DNA of 64,000 nt from a virus. How positions within the stretch are numbered: the first letter of the stretch is position 1; every line of letters begins with the position of its first letter. Under the pieces are notes generated by a model, which saw only the letters and a list, made by a program, of their open reading frames with translations, ran no database searches and was not told the DNA's origin. A program made the translations under genes and the position numbers. Where the stretch lies: the IMG/VR virus record IMGVR_UViG_3300043540_000091, positions 64,001 to 128,000 of that record; one strand, given 5' to 3'. Below, piece by piece: positions 39,086 through 48,319 of this stretch.

Positions 39086-40299
39086 ATCAAGAGGTCGAGT
39101 TAGGCAAGGCAGTATATGGCCGGTCCGGTGGTGGTAGCCACGGCTGGTTCCATATCGAAGACAACAAGGACAACGTGTATCGTGTCCTTCCGCCAATGAA
39201 GAGTCTCGCACGCGAGGGCAAGTACGCCAAGTACTACTCGACGCATCGCGGATTCCGTGGCACTGACAATAAACAGAAGCCATTCCTGTGCGTCGAGGAA
39301 GGTAAGTGGGACAATAAGACCAAGACGAAGGCCATCACGATCCACTGTCCGGTGTGCGACTGGGTTCAAGCTGTTGAAGCTCAGATCGCAAACTACAAGG
39401 CGCAAGGCGCGACCGACGAGCAGATCCGTGAGTATCGCAACAAGTACGTGTTCCCGTTCCAGGCAGAGCGCAAGTACTACCTGAACGTCGTGAACATGGA
39501 AGGTAAGATCGGCGTACTGCCCATCGGCTCAAATATGTTCAAGTCCTTGGAAGCTCTGGCTATGGAACAGCAGAAGACTCGCCGCGACATAACCGGCATG
39601 GAAGGCTTCTTCATCAACTTCAAGAAGCAGACCAAGTTCAAAGGTGATCGCGATGCGATCCATACCGCTTCGCTCTATATGGCACCTCAGCCTGACATGA
39701 GCTATCGTCCGATCGTTCATGTGATCGACAACGCGTTCGCTCAACGTCTGGGACCTGAAGCAGCAGACCTTGGTCAGCTCTTCAAGACTCTCGAGATCGA
39801 GCAACTCTCGCAGCTCGTCGCTCTCGATGGCGAAGCACGCGCCAAGTATGTGGACAGCCTGTTCCCCAAAGAACAGGTCGCTCCGATTGTGTCCGCTCCT
39901 GTATCCGCTCCTGTATCCGCTCCCGTCTCTGCTCCGGCACCTGCTGGCGCAATCCCTGGAATGCAGTTCAACCCAGGCTCGCTGCCTCCTCCGGCGCAGC
40001 AGTTCGGACAACCTGCTCCGGCAGCTCCAGCCGCTCCTGTGGCACAAGCTCCGGCAGCTCCGATGTCCTTCACTCCTCCGGCGAATGCGATGCCTGCTCC
40101 TGCCATGCCAGGGCCTGCCATGCCAGGGCCTGCTCCTGCTCCGGCACAGGTGACCTTCACTCCTCCTGCTAACGTGGCCGCTCCTGCTAACGCCGGATTC
40201 TCAGGCTTCAATCAGCAGCCTGCAGGTGGAAGTCAGCAGCCGATCAGTCAGTTGGATGACGCACAGTTCGCCAACATGGTTCGTCCGCTGAAAGGATAG
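39082..40299 (+). CDS. gp32-like single-stranded DNA-binding protein with long Pro/Ala-rich tail
   Basis: YRVLPP, H..C..CPVC, ERKYYLNVV motifs; sits upstream of the UvsY-like and RecA genes. Confidence 0.75.
   Translation: MNQEVELGKAVYGRSGGGSHGWFHIEDNKDNVYRVLPPMKSLAREGKYAKYYSTHRGFRGTDNKQKPFLCVEEGKWDNKTKTKAITIHCPVCDWVQAVEAQIANYKAQGATDEQIREYRNKYVFPFQAERKYYLNVVNMEGKIGVLPIGSNMFKSLEALAMEQQKTRRDITGMEGFFINFKKQTKFKGDRDAIHTASLYMAPQPDMSYRPIVHVIDNAFAQRLGPEAADLGQLFKTLEIEQLSQLVALDGEARAKYVDSLFPKEQVAPIVSAPVSAPVSAPVSAPAPAGAIPGMQFNPGSLPPPAQQFGQPAPAAPAAPVAQAPAAPMSFTPPANAMPAPAMPGPAMPGPAPAPAQVTFTPPANVAAPANAGFSGFNQQPAGGSQQPISQLDDAQFANMVRPLKG
39889..39936 (+). repeat. 12-bp tandem repeat x4 (VSAP)
   Basis: GT(G/A/C)TC(C/T)GCTCC(T/C/G) x4. 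A 15-bp GCCATGCCAGGGCCT x2 also occurs near 40102. Confidence 0.85.
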
Positions 40300-40301
40300 T
40301 C

Positions 40302-40871
40302 ATGAACACGCCTGAGGCGAGTATGCTGGCGGTACCGAGAGGTACCCCAGGCAAAACTCCTCTCGAGCTGGACATGAGAACGATCTACGAAGCTGAACGT
40401 CGGCTTCCGGAAATCGCTCTCGTGTCTAATGCTACCAAGATGGAGCTTGCAGCTCTGTACAACAATGCGGCGAACGAGGTAGGTAAGTACCTCGGCTGGA
40501 TCGAGTACGAGCTTCTCAAGGCTAAGAAGGTTCACACGGCCAACCGATCAAACGTGATCATGGGCGTGGCTATCGAAGAGGCTAAGAGATTAAAAGAACT
40601 TGGAATCAAGATGAACGAGGATATCCGCGAGGCGCTCATCTCAAAGGATGAAGCATGCTCTCAGTCGCAGGACATCGTCGATTCCCTACTCTCGGTCAAG
40701 GTATGGCTGGAAGAGAAGAAGTGGTCGTTCATCAGGTCCTTCAATAGTATCAGCGAGCAGGCGCAGGGCAAGAGTGCTCAGCCTACTCCTAACTTCGTTG
40801 GAACCATTGGTCAAACCTATAACCTGCCTCAGGCCAACTTCATGGGCCGAGACGAAAGGAAGAAGGAATAA
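40302..40871 (+). CDS. putative UvsY-like recombination mediator
   Basis: All-helical, with NEDIREALISKDE pattern; position between SSB and RecA. Confidence 0.45.
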   Translation: MNTPEASMLAVPRGTPGKTPLELDMRTIYEAERRLPEIALVSNATKMELAALYNNAANEVGKYLGWIEYELLKAKKVHTANRSNVIMGVAIEEAKRLKELGIKMNEDIREALISKDEACSQSQDIVDSLLSVKVWLEEKKWSFIRSFNSISEQAQGKSAQPTPNFVGTIGQTYNLPQANFMGRDERKKE

Positions 40872-41953
40872 TGGGCAAACACCTATCAAAACTTCGCGCT
40901 CTGGAAGGGGCTGTCAGTACCTCTACCGGCGACGAAGCAGTTCTAAACTGTCTGCGTACACCAAGTCCCTCGGTTAACTGGGCCATGGCTCAGCCTGGAT
41001 TCGGACTGCCGTATGGCTGCGGCATGGTTCTGTACGGACCTCCCAAGGGCGGTAAGTCGGTCTTCATCAACGGCATCATCGGTCAGATGCACAAGGACGA
41101 TCCTGACTTCATCGCGATCAAGTTCGACACTGAGCTTCGTTCTCAGTTCACCGTCACGCAGGCTGCCTTGAAGAAGTTTGGTATCGATCCAGACCGCTTC
41201 ATCGTGTACGACACCAACGTACCGAAGGACATCTTCGATCGCATCGAGCGCGATATAGCCGCCGCCTGCCAAGATGGCGAGAAGATCAAGCTCATCATCA
41301 TCGACTCCATGTCCGGAATCTCTGGTCGCCGGTCTCTGAACGCTGACTCTGTCGATACTCAACAGATCGGAGATCAGGCCGCTACTATCAAGGACGGTCT
41401 GCAACGTATCATGCCGACCATCCGTAAGTATGGCATCGCACTGATCTGCACCGCGCACATCCGCGCGGAGATGGACATGGCAGAGCAGATGCGTGGCAAG
41501 AAGGTCAAGATGAACGCTGCCTGGGCTGCCAAGCACACGTTCGAGTACTTCTGCTACATCGAGCCGAACCAGTCTAAGACCGGAAAGGTCACGCTGGCTG
41601 GCGAGACGTTCACCGATCCTGAACTGGTTGACTTCATGGACCGAGACATGAAGACCGGCCACAAGGTTCGCCTGCGCGTGGAGGACAGTTCGTTCCCGTA
41701 CGGAGGTCGCACCGCAGAGTTCACTCTGGACTTCGACAAAGGCATTGTGAATCAGTACGAGGAGATCTATACCCTTGCCAAGAACTATGGCCTGATCACG
41801 ACCAGCGGAGCTTGGTACCATGCAGAAGGCGAGAAGTTCAACGGTCTCATCAAGTGCCTTGAGGCTATCCGAGACAACCAAGAGCTTCAGACGTCGTTGC
41901 TGACCAAGGTCAAGCAGATCGACTTCAAGCGCATCAAGGGGATCGTAGACTGA
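40871..41953 (+). CDS. recA: RecA/UvsX-like recombinase
   Basis: TPSPSVNWA..GLPYG..YGPPKGGKS, FDTE, IIIDS, GAWY motifs. Confidence 0.88.
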   Translation: MGKHLSKLRALEGAVSTSTGDEAVLNCLRTPSPSVNWAMAQPGFGLPYGCGMVLYGPPKGGKSVFINGIIGQMHKDDPDFIAIKFDTELRSQFTVTQAALKKFGIDPDRFIVYDTNVPKDIFDRIERDIAAACQDGEKIKLIIIDSMSGISGRRSLNADSVDTQQIGDQAATIKDGLQRIMPTIRKYGIALICTAHIRAEMDMAEQMRGKKVKMNAAWAAKHTFEYFCYIEPNQSKTGKVTLAGETFTDPELVDFMDRDMKTGHKVRLRVEDSSFPYGGRTAEFTLDFDKGIVNQYEEIYTLAKNYGLITTSGAWYHAEGEKFNGLIKCLEAIRDNQELQTSLLTKVKQIDFKRIKGIVD

Positions 41954-42924
41954 GAGAGCGGATCATAGAGCTTATCCAAGAGTCCGGACACGGGTTCGTT
42001 GAGAAGCGAAACACCATCCGGACTACCTGTCCTTTATGCGGCAGGGAGGATAAGTTCTCCATTCTTAAGCACAACGGCTCGTGCGTATGTTATCGAGGAT
42101 CTTGCGATTTTGGTCGCAGATGGTTCGACGACTGGGTATCGCTCACGTTCAACATCCCGCTGCGCGTGGCGCGAGAGAAGATCAAGAACGAGGCCATCGA
42201 TCCGGACAAGATCGCTCAGGAGAAGATCGACTTCACTCCGCGCGATATGGATGACGTGGAAGACTCGCTCGATGAGATTCAGTTCCCCGTGTTCCACATG
42301 ACTCCGATCACGTCGGAGCAGGCCAAACCTGGAGCAGCCTACCTGGAAGGTCGCGGCATCCCGCTCGAAGTGGCCGCGCGATATGATATCGCCTACTCTT
42401 CTCTTGAGCGCAGGGTTTACTTCCCTGTCAAGATGGGAGGTAGATACTACGGATATCAAGGACGAGCGATAGACAAGGTTGAAGAATCGATGCGCCTGCG
42501 CAGCAATGACGGATTCCGCAGGGACGTCCTTGTTATGTTTGCAGACAACCTGGAAGATTCGGACTTTGCAATCATAGCCGAAGGTCCGGTCGACGCGATC
42601 AAGTTCGACAAGGTCGGCGGGAACATATCGACCATGGGCAAGGTCGTTACCGACAAGCAGCTGGAAGCGATATACTCGTACGGCGTCAAAGAACTTTACC
42701 TGGCGCTCGACGACGACGCGGCTGCAGAGATGAACGAGATTGCGGCCAAGACTCACCTCAAGGTGTACCGCGTCCTCGTGCCGGACTCATGTCGAGCACG
42801 GTGCGAAGTGGCTGGTCGAAAGGCCGACTTCGGAGAATGCACCTTTGAAGAAGCTGAGCAGGCATTCAAGGAAGCAGTGCCTATGGACTCCAATACGATA
42901 CTGATGTATATACCCAAGGAGTAA
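41950..42924 (+). CDS. DNA primase (zinc-binding domain plus TOPRIM), probable CTG start
   Basis: The open frame upstream of the tracked start encodes CPLC..CVCYRGSC. Also AYLEGRGI, YQGRAI, IAEGPVDA, LALDDDA. CTG at 41950 overlaps the recA TGA, with an AAGGGGA RBS. Confidence 0.85.
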   Translation: MRERIIELIQESGHGFVEKRNTIRTTCPLCGREDKFSILKHNGSCVCYRGSCDFGRRWFDDWVSLTFNIPLRVAREKIKNEAIDPDKIAQEKIDFTPRDMDDVEDSLDEIQFPVFHMTPITSEQAKPGAAYLEGRGIPLEVAARYDIAYSSLERRVYFPVKMGGRYYGYQGRAIDKVEESMRLRSNDGFRRDVLVMFADNLEDSDFAIIAEGPVDAIKFDKVGGNISTMGKVVTDKQLEAIYSYGVKELYLALDDDAAAEMNEIAAKTHLKVYRVLVPDSCRARCEVAGRKADFGECTFEEAEQAFKEAVPMDSNTILMYIPKE

Positions 42925-42925
42925 G

Positions 42926-43633
42926 ATGAGCAAACGCAATAACGTCATCGAAAACTTTGAGGCATGCTACCTGCACGAGAACTGCGCACGTCGCGCGTTC
43001 GCGAACGAAGAAGCGATCAAGCGACTGACAAGCAGTCCTGACTTCGAGCGCTGCGTTAAGTACATCGCAAACATCTCATTCAACAGGAACAAGGTAGCCC
43101 TTCTCAGGCACGGATTCGATCACGAGGACATGATCAACGTAGCTCGCATTCTGGCCATGCAGTTCATCAACAACGAGTTCAAGGGAGAAACCAAGAAGGA
43201 CACGTACAACGTCCTGATGCGCTTCATCAGCCAGAAGATGGAGACATTCATGCTGTTCTTCAACCGTAAGTTCAGGATAAACGAGAGGTACTCCGACGTT
43301 GGAATTGATGATGTGACCGACATAGAAGCCTACATGGGTACTCCTGAGGTTAACGATCAGTGCGACGACGACAGCAAGGTCATGCACAAGATAGCCCTCC
43401 TTCGCGCAGAGGTCAACAAGTTCAAGACTCAGGTCATGAGACTCAGACTCAGCAGCGACATCGGCGCTCACGCGGATCGTCTCGCTGAGATCGCCACATC
43501 AAAGTCGGTGGAGTACGCCGTTCGACGCAAGGCTCGCAGGGTATGCAAGCAGAATGGCATTGACTATATTGGCTGGGCCAAGGTTCACATCAAAGAGCGT
43601 AACCTGAACGAGTCAGATCTTGCTCTTGAGTAA
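42926..43633 (+). CDS. hypothetical protein, weak sigma region-2-like pattern
   Basis: CVKYIAN..HGFDHEDMINVAR; RBS AAGGAG. Confidence 0.55.
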   Translation: MSKRNNVIENFEACYLHENCARRAFANEEAIKRLTSSPDFERCVKYIANISFNRNKVALLRHGFDHEDMINVARILAMQFINNEFKGETKKDTYNVLMRFISQKMETFMLFFNRKFRINERYSDVGIDDVTDIEAYMGTPEVNDQCDDDSKVMHKIALLRAEVNKFKTQVMRLRLSSDIGAHADRLAEIATSKSVEYAVRRKARRVCKQNGIDYIGWAKVHIKERNLNESDLALE

Positions 43634-43663
43634 ATCTGTGTTATTATGTTATAGAGGTGGAAT

Positions 43664-44179
43664 ATGGACGTGAATCAGATAGCTAAGCAAGTTGGCGCAG
43701 TGGCAATCGCCCTTCTCATCGGAGCTGGCTTTGGAAGGTACAGCCTCCCCGCAAAGGTGGTAACCAAGACAGAAACGGTTACAGTCGAGAAGGAGGTAAT
43801 CAAGAATACTGAGAAGACCATCAAGGACACCAACAAGGATCGTGAACTGATCATCATCGAGACCATCAAGCCTGACGGCACGAAAGTCGTTGAGAAGCAT
43901 TACGTGAATCGAGATCAGATCAAGGAAGATACTACGAAGGTAAACGTCACGACCGATATCAAGAAGACCGACGAGAAGACGTCGACGGTAGTGTCGAACG
44001 GCAAGAACGACTGGAACCTATCCGCCCTTGTTACCACGAGCCACACGGAAGATGACATGTTGAAGGGTAATGTTAGCTACGGAGTTCACGTACAGCGCCG
44101 CATCCTAGGACCGATGAGTATCGGCGCCTTCGGACTCACCAACAAGACCTACGGTATCAGCCTTGGAGTCAGCTTCTGA
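43664..44179 (+). CDS. membrane-anchored protein with beta-rich C-terminus ending in Phe (possible envelope/spanin-like)
   Basis: N-terminal hydrophobic helix, Thr/Lys-rich linker, terminal YGISLGVSF. Preceded by TGTTATTAT and GAGGTG. Confidence 0.55.
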   Translation: MDVNQIAKQVGAVAIALLIGAGFGRYSLPAKVVTKTETVTVEKEVIKNTEKTIKDTNKDRELIIIETIKPDGTKVVEKHYVNRDQIKEDTTKVNVTTDIKKTDEKTSTVVSNGKNDWNLSALVTTSHTEDDMLKGNVSYGVHVQRRILGPMSIGAFGLTNKTYGISLGVSF

Positions 44180-45030
44180 GCCTTGTTAAACGAATCCTCT
44201 ACTTCAAGATCAAGCTTGCCTTGGTAGCCGCAACGGTTTCCCTGGCAGCTACTACGTGCGCGATCAGCGTGCCGCGCACCTACAAGGCGTACATGCGCCA
44301 TAAGGTCGGCAGCCGAGTCGTTGCAGTGACGGTGACGGAGTTCTCAAAGGACAGGGACAACACCGGCGGCGGAACCGGATTCTTAGTCAAAGCACCAAGC
44401 GGTAAGACCTTCATCGTCACCAATCGTCACGTCTGCGATGATTCCAAAGACGGATCGATGTGGGTAACGGTAGACGGGATGACGCAGGATCGTAAGCTGA
44501 AGATCCTCAAGAAGTCGGATCAGGCAGACCTGTGCCTCATGGAACCTATTCCTGGCATCGAAGGTCTCGACATCGGTGATACCCCAGCAGTTGGCGACGA
44601 CGTCATCTATATAGGACACCCTAGACTTCAGGCTAGGACTTATGTTTCAGGCGAGCTGGTCGGTACCAAGATCGAAACTGTGATTCGCGGACAGGTCGGG
44701 AAGGAGATCTCAGAGGCCGAATGCAAGGCGTCCAAGGACTCCTACATCGCTGATACTTATGAGATCTACCTCATCCTTCGCAGGCTCGCGCGGGATGTTA
44801 CGCCGACACAATCTATCGAGAGCCTCTTCAAGACTTCCAACAAGGTTACGGTGTGTTACGAACGTGGGCAGGCCTACGTGACCACTCTCGATGTTTACGG
44901 TGGTGCTTCCGGAAGTCCTATGGTAAACGTATATGGAGAAGTCGTTGGCGTGATCTATGCTGGCGAACAGGGCCAGTGGGGTTACGCCGTAATCTTGGCT
45001 GAACTCAAACAGTTACTGAAAGGAAGGTAA
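44176..45030 (+). CDS. trypsin-like (S1) serine protease with N-terminal signal/anchor
   Basis: GGGTGF, VTNRHV, DLCL, GGASGSP triad motifs. Probable CTG start at 44176 (CTGA overlap, GGAG RBS). Confidence 0.88.
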   Translation: MSLVKRILYFKIKLALVAATVSLAATTCAISVPRTYKAYMRHKVGSRVVAVTVTEFSKDRDNTGGGTGFLVKAPSGKTFIVTNRHVCDDSKDGSMWVTVDGMTQDRKLKILKKSDQADLCLMEPIPGIEGLDIGDTPAVGDDVIYIGHPRLQARTYVSGELVGTKIETVIRGQVGKEISEAECKASKDSYIADTYEIYLILRRLARDVTPTQSIESLFKTSNKVTVCYERGQAYVTTLDVYGGASGSPMVNVYGEVVGVIYAGEQGQWGYAVILAELKQLLKGR

Positions 45031-45031
45031 C

Positions 45032-45742
45032 ATGAAGATCGTAGCAGTCAATGGCTGGACGCATTCTGGCAAAGACACCTTGGCGAACATCCTCGTCGAA
45101 GAATATGGATTCAAACGGATCGGGTTCGCAGATCCTTTGAAGGATACTGTAGCCGAACAGTTCGGCTTCGATCGCGCATCTCTCGATGACCAGAACCAGA
45201 AGAACCTTCCGTTGCTCAACCTTCCGGTCAGCCTGCGCGATGGTTTCACCAAGAACCTCGGCACGTTCATGGTTCGTGAGTTCCGTACGAAGGACGGTAA
45301 GATCTGCAAGACTGGAATCTTCCATGAGATCGACGGAGTCACCGACTTCTATGGCGTTCACGACGACGGTACGATGCAGAAGCTGTACTGGACTCGTCGC
45401 GCATTGTGTATCTTGGAAGGTTCTTCCAAGCGTACTGTTGATCCAGACTACTGGGTTAAGAAGGCTATCGAGCTGGCTCGCAAGAGTGGCATGGAGCGTG
45501 TCGTGATCAGTGACCTTCGGTATCAGAATGAGACCGCAGGCGTGAAGATGTCCCTAGAAGAGGGAGATACTCTTCTTACGGTTCGCGTAAATCGCTTCGA
45601 TGAACACCCTACTAACTCGACAGATCCGTCGGAGCGCGACATGGACACGGCCAAGTTCGACGTTGTGATCGAAAACAAGGGCACATACGAAGAGTACATC
45701 CATAAGGCCCATTCCTTTGCTGCAGATGTGGTGAAGTCATGA
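45032..45742 (+). CDS. deoxynucleoside monophosphate kinase (T4 gp1-like)
   Basis: NGWTHSGKDT, FADPLKD, DYWV, ISDLRYQNE, PSE motifs. Confidence 0.85.
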   Translation: MKIVAVNGWTHSGKDTLANILVEEYGFKRIGFADPLKDTVAEQFGFDRASLDDQNQKNLPLLNLPVSLRDGFTKNLGTFMVREFRTKDGKICKTGIFHEIDGVTDFYGVHDDGTMQKLYWTRRALCILEGSSKRTVDPDYWVKKAIELARKSGMERVVISDLRYQNETAGVKMSLEEGDTLLTVRVNRFDEHPTNSTDPSERDMDTAKFDVVIENKGTYEEYIHKAHSFAADVVKS

Positions 45743-45951
45743 AGCTCAAGACGGTCATCAAGCGACATCCGCGCCTGAGCAACGCCGTCGAGTTCGACGT
45801 GATGAAGGACAACTTCTCGATCGAGTCAGGTTCGGTCGTCAAGGCTACCCTGACAGAGGCATTCGAGGAGGCGAAGCGCCGCGTCGTGGCGATCTTCCCT
45901 CAGATAACGATGGAGGAGTTAGGTGAGCTTCAGCTACCAGATGGTAACTAA
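45739..45951 (+). CDS. hypothetical protein
   Basis: ATGA-coupled ORF. Confidence 0.55.
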   Translation: MKLKTVIKRHPRLSNAVEFDVMKDNFSIESGSVVKATLTEAFEEAKRRVVAIFPQITMEELGELQLPDGN

Positions 45952-46144
45952 GGAGATCAACGAGATCTTCGAGCATACCACTCTCGCTAAGACGGCAGCC
46001 TACGAAGCTGGGCTTCATTCAGGAGCTGGCAATGAGCAACTCTGTGAAGCCAAGATCGCAGATCTCAAGGCTAGGATGAAGGAGATCCAGAGAATGATGA
46101 CTCAGCTCGATCACAAGATCGAGTACATCAAGAATCAGTCCTGA
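45941..46144 (+). CDS. hypothetical coiled-coil protein
   Basis: ATG at 45941, in frame with the tracked ORF. Confidence 0.5.
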   Translation: MVTKEINEIFEHTTLAKTAAYEAGLHSGAGNEQLCEAKIADLKARMKEIQRMMTQLDHKIEYIKNQS

Positions 46145-46386
46145 TGCCGATAGGCGACGTCCTCGATGTCGCACTTCCTGCAGAATCGTCTGTGCCTGTT
46201 GAACATGAGAATCGGCCTATTCCAGCTGTGACTGTACTTGGATCTGATCTCATCAAGCTCGTGAACATACAGCTTGAAGGCAAACCCTTCGTTCAGGTCC
46301 AAGAGATTCTTCGATTGAAGCTCTCGGATTCGTTTGATCAGTATAGCTGCTCGGCCTTCGGGCTCGTCCGCGTCATACCACAGCAT
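46135..46386 (-). CDS. hypothetical protein with C-terminal CxxC
   Basis: Directly follows the M15 gene. Confidence 0.5.
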   Translation of the reverse strand: MLWYDADEPEGRAAILIKRIRELQSKNLLDLNEGFAFKLYVHELDEIRSKYSHSWNRPILMFNRHRRFCRKCDIEDVAYRHQD

Positions 46387-46836
46387 CTACGGAAGGAACC
46401 AACGCTTGCCGGAGGCCGGAGGTTCGTTCTGGAAGTGAACCCAGTTGGTGTTACCTTCCTCGCACCATAGTCCGGCCTGCTCGAGCAACGACTCGTTGAC
46501 CTTAAGCCACGCGGTTATCTTCAGTCCTGGATCTGAGATATCTGCTGCGCGACCGTACAAGTGCCTGGACTTCATGGGCACCTTTGATTGGTCAAACACA
46601 CCGTTCTCGAATGGCTTCTGATGCTTGGTCGCCTTGTCCTTGTAGATCCGAAGGTGATCGTCAATCGTTCTGAGTCCTGATGTAACGGTCCAGTTTGAGA
46701 CAGGGTTCCCAGGTTGTTGCATCAGCCAGTTGATGCGCGGCAGGAGGTCCATCAGCATGTCCTGAACCTTCAGATCCTGGTCTGCAAACTCATATCGATG
46801 ATTTAGAAGGTCTTCCATCGTAACCATATGATACAC
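46387..46836 (-). CDS. peptidase M15-family (Zn D,D/L,D-peptidase), probable endolysin
   Basis: VTSGLRT, SRHLYGRAADI, WVHFQ motifs; preceded by the CCTAATCT box. Confidence 0.85.
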   Translation of the reverse strand: MYHMVTMEDLLNHRYEFADQDLKVQDMLMDLLPRINWLMQQPGNPVSNWTVTSGLRTIDDHLRIYKDKATKHQKPFENGVFDQSKVPMKSRHLYGRAADISDPGLKITAWLKVNESLLEQAGLWCEEGNTNWVHFQNEPPASGKRWFLP

Positions 46837-46857
46837 TTCACCTCACTTTTACCTTGA

Positions 46858-46881
46858 AGATTAGGCTATGCGTGGTATGAT
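46858..46881. promoter_or_regulatory. back-to-back promoters: CCTAATCT (minus, 46858-46865) and TGGTATGAT (plus, 46873-46881)
   Basis: Both motifs lie in the 50-bp divergent gap. Confidence 0.6.
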
Positions 46882-46886
46882 ATGCT

Positions 46887-47156
46887 ATGGGAAAGAAGCT
46901 GAAAAGAATGGGCGACATCATGTTTCTTGTCGAGAAGTTCGTCAGCAAGGCTGCAGGCGAACACGACCTCCAGCGCCATGAGATACTGGCCCTGGTTGAC
47001 AGGCATATAATGTTCCATTATCCTAATGCAAACGAGGAGTTCAATGATGGTACACGACCGTTCGTGTACTTTGGACACCAGGACGGAGTTGAAGATGCTC
47101 TCGAGATTGCTCGCGCTGTGGATCGCCATCGCCGGAAGCGTCGCCGGAGCCGCTGA
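46887..47156 (+). CDS. hypothetical protein
   Basis: ATG 5 nt after the -10 box. Confidence 0.6.
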   Translation: MGKKLKRMGDIMFLVEKFVSKAAGEHDLQRHEILALVDRHIMFHYPNANEEFNDGTRPFVYFGHQDGVEDALEIARAVDRHRRKRRRSR

Positions 47157-47376
47157 CTTCTGTCAAGCTCCCGACGAGATCGGCATATTCCGCGCCGACG
47201 ATCCAGTCCTGGATCGTGTGGATGTTACGTGGGGTACCGAGACATTTCGCAGATACTTCAAGGGCCGCGTCTTGGACGGAAACGAGAATGGCCGGAAGAT
47301 GCACGAATGGGTATTGAGCATAATGGAGGCTAGATGCAGATCTACGACATCGTCACGTATCCAGACGACAGACTAA
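47095..47376 (+). CDS. small protein with signal-peptide-like N-terminus
   Basis: MLSRLLALWIAIAGSVAGA with GGAG upstream; overlaps both neighbours. Confidence 0.4.
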   Translation: MLSRLLALWIAIAGSVAGAADFCQAPDEIGIFRADDPVLDRVDVTWGTETFRRYFKGRVLDGNENGRKMHEWVLSIMEARCRSTTSSRIQTTD

Positions 47377-47810
47377 ATACTCCGTGCGACAAGGTCACTC
47401 AGTTTGGAACGAATGAACTTCGCGAGATCGTTCAGCGCATGCACGCGACCATCAAGCACAAGAAGAGCCTTGGTTTCGGCCTTGCGGCGAACCAGGTTAG
47501 CATCATGCTTCAGATCATCGTCATCAATACGATGTCAAACAACAAGAAGGCTCAAGGGTACCTTGGCGCTCTCATAAATCCAGAGATCATAGAATACACC
47601 GGCGGTATCGAGATGGGTAACGAAGGATGTCTGTCATTTCCGAAGGACCGCTACGACGTTGCTCGGTCCACGAAGGTTAAGGTAAGGTTCCACGACATCG
47701 ATGGCAACGAGATCATTCGCAACTTCTCTGGTCTCAACGCCGTGGTCGTACAGCATGAAGTGGATCATATCAACGGTCTTACAATGGCCGACAGAGCGAA
47801 TGGACTTTAA
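47334..47810 (+). CDS. def: peptide deformylase
   Basis: GFGLAANQV, EGCLSFP, QHEVDHING motifs; short C-terminus. Confidence 0.96.
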   Translation: MQIYDIVTYPDDRLNTPCDKVTQFGTNELREIVQRMHATIKHKKSLGFGLAANQVSIMLQIIVINTMSNNKKAQGYLGALINPEIIEYTGGIEMGNEGCLSFPKDRYDVARSTKVKVRFHDIDGNEIIRNFSGLNAVVVQHEVDHINGLTMADRANGL

Positions 47811-48319
47811 TGGGAACAGCGCTTGATCTAACAGGTAAGAAGTTCGGAAACTTTACGGCAATCGAGCGCTCTAATTCTAGAATCGTTTGCGGTGAAGTTC
47901 TATGGCTATTCCAGTGCGACTGCGGCAATAAAACTGAACATGTTGGGAATCGAGTTAAAAGAGGAGATATAGTTTCCTGTGGATGCTCGCGTCGCGGGAT
48001 TCATGAAGATACCGGCAGAAGGCTTCAAATGGAATCATATAAGCGTGGAGCTAAAGTCCGTGGATTTAAGTTCGATCTTACCGCCGATGAGTTCAATCGG
48101 ATTACATCTGGAAATTGCGAGTATTGTGATGCAGCTCCATCGATACGGACTAGACATGGATATTCTTGCTTGTTCAACGGTATAGACCGTAAAGATCATA
48201 CGCTCGGTTGTTCTATGAACAACTGCGTTCCGTGCTGCATCAAGTGCAATCGAATGAAAGGAACCCTTTCGACCCAAGAGTTCTTAACTCAAATTAAACT
48301 TATTTCGGAGAATCTGTGA
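47810..48319 (+). CDS. HNH-like homing endonuclease
   Basis: DLTGKKFG..WLFQCDCGN..SCGC N-terminus; CEYC..NGIDRKD..NCVPCCIKCNRMKG. AT-richer than its neighbours. Confidence 0.85.
   Translation: MGTALDLTGKKFGNFTAIERSNSRIVCGEVLWLFQCDCGNKTEHVGNRVKRGDIVSCGCSRRGIHEDTGRRLQMESYKRGAKVRGFKFDLTADEFNRITSGNCEYCDAAPSIRTRHGYSCLFNGIDRKDHTLGCSMNNCVPCCIKCNRMKGTLSTQEFLTQIKLISENL

Noticed and set aside
1366-41881. Long antisense ORFs (e.g. 2839-3702, 23359-24234, 34655-35737, 40943-41881)
   Set aside because: They are shadows of codon-biased real genes on the other strand and carry no motifs or RBS.
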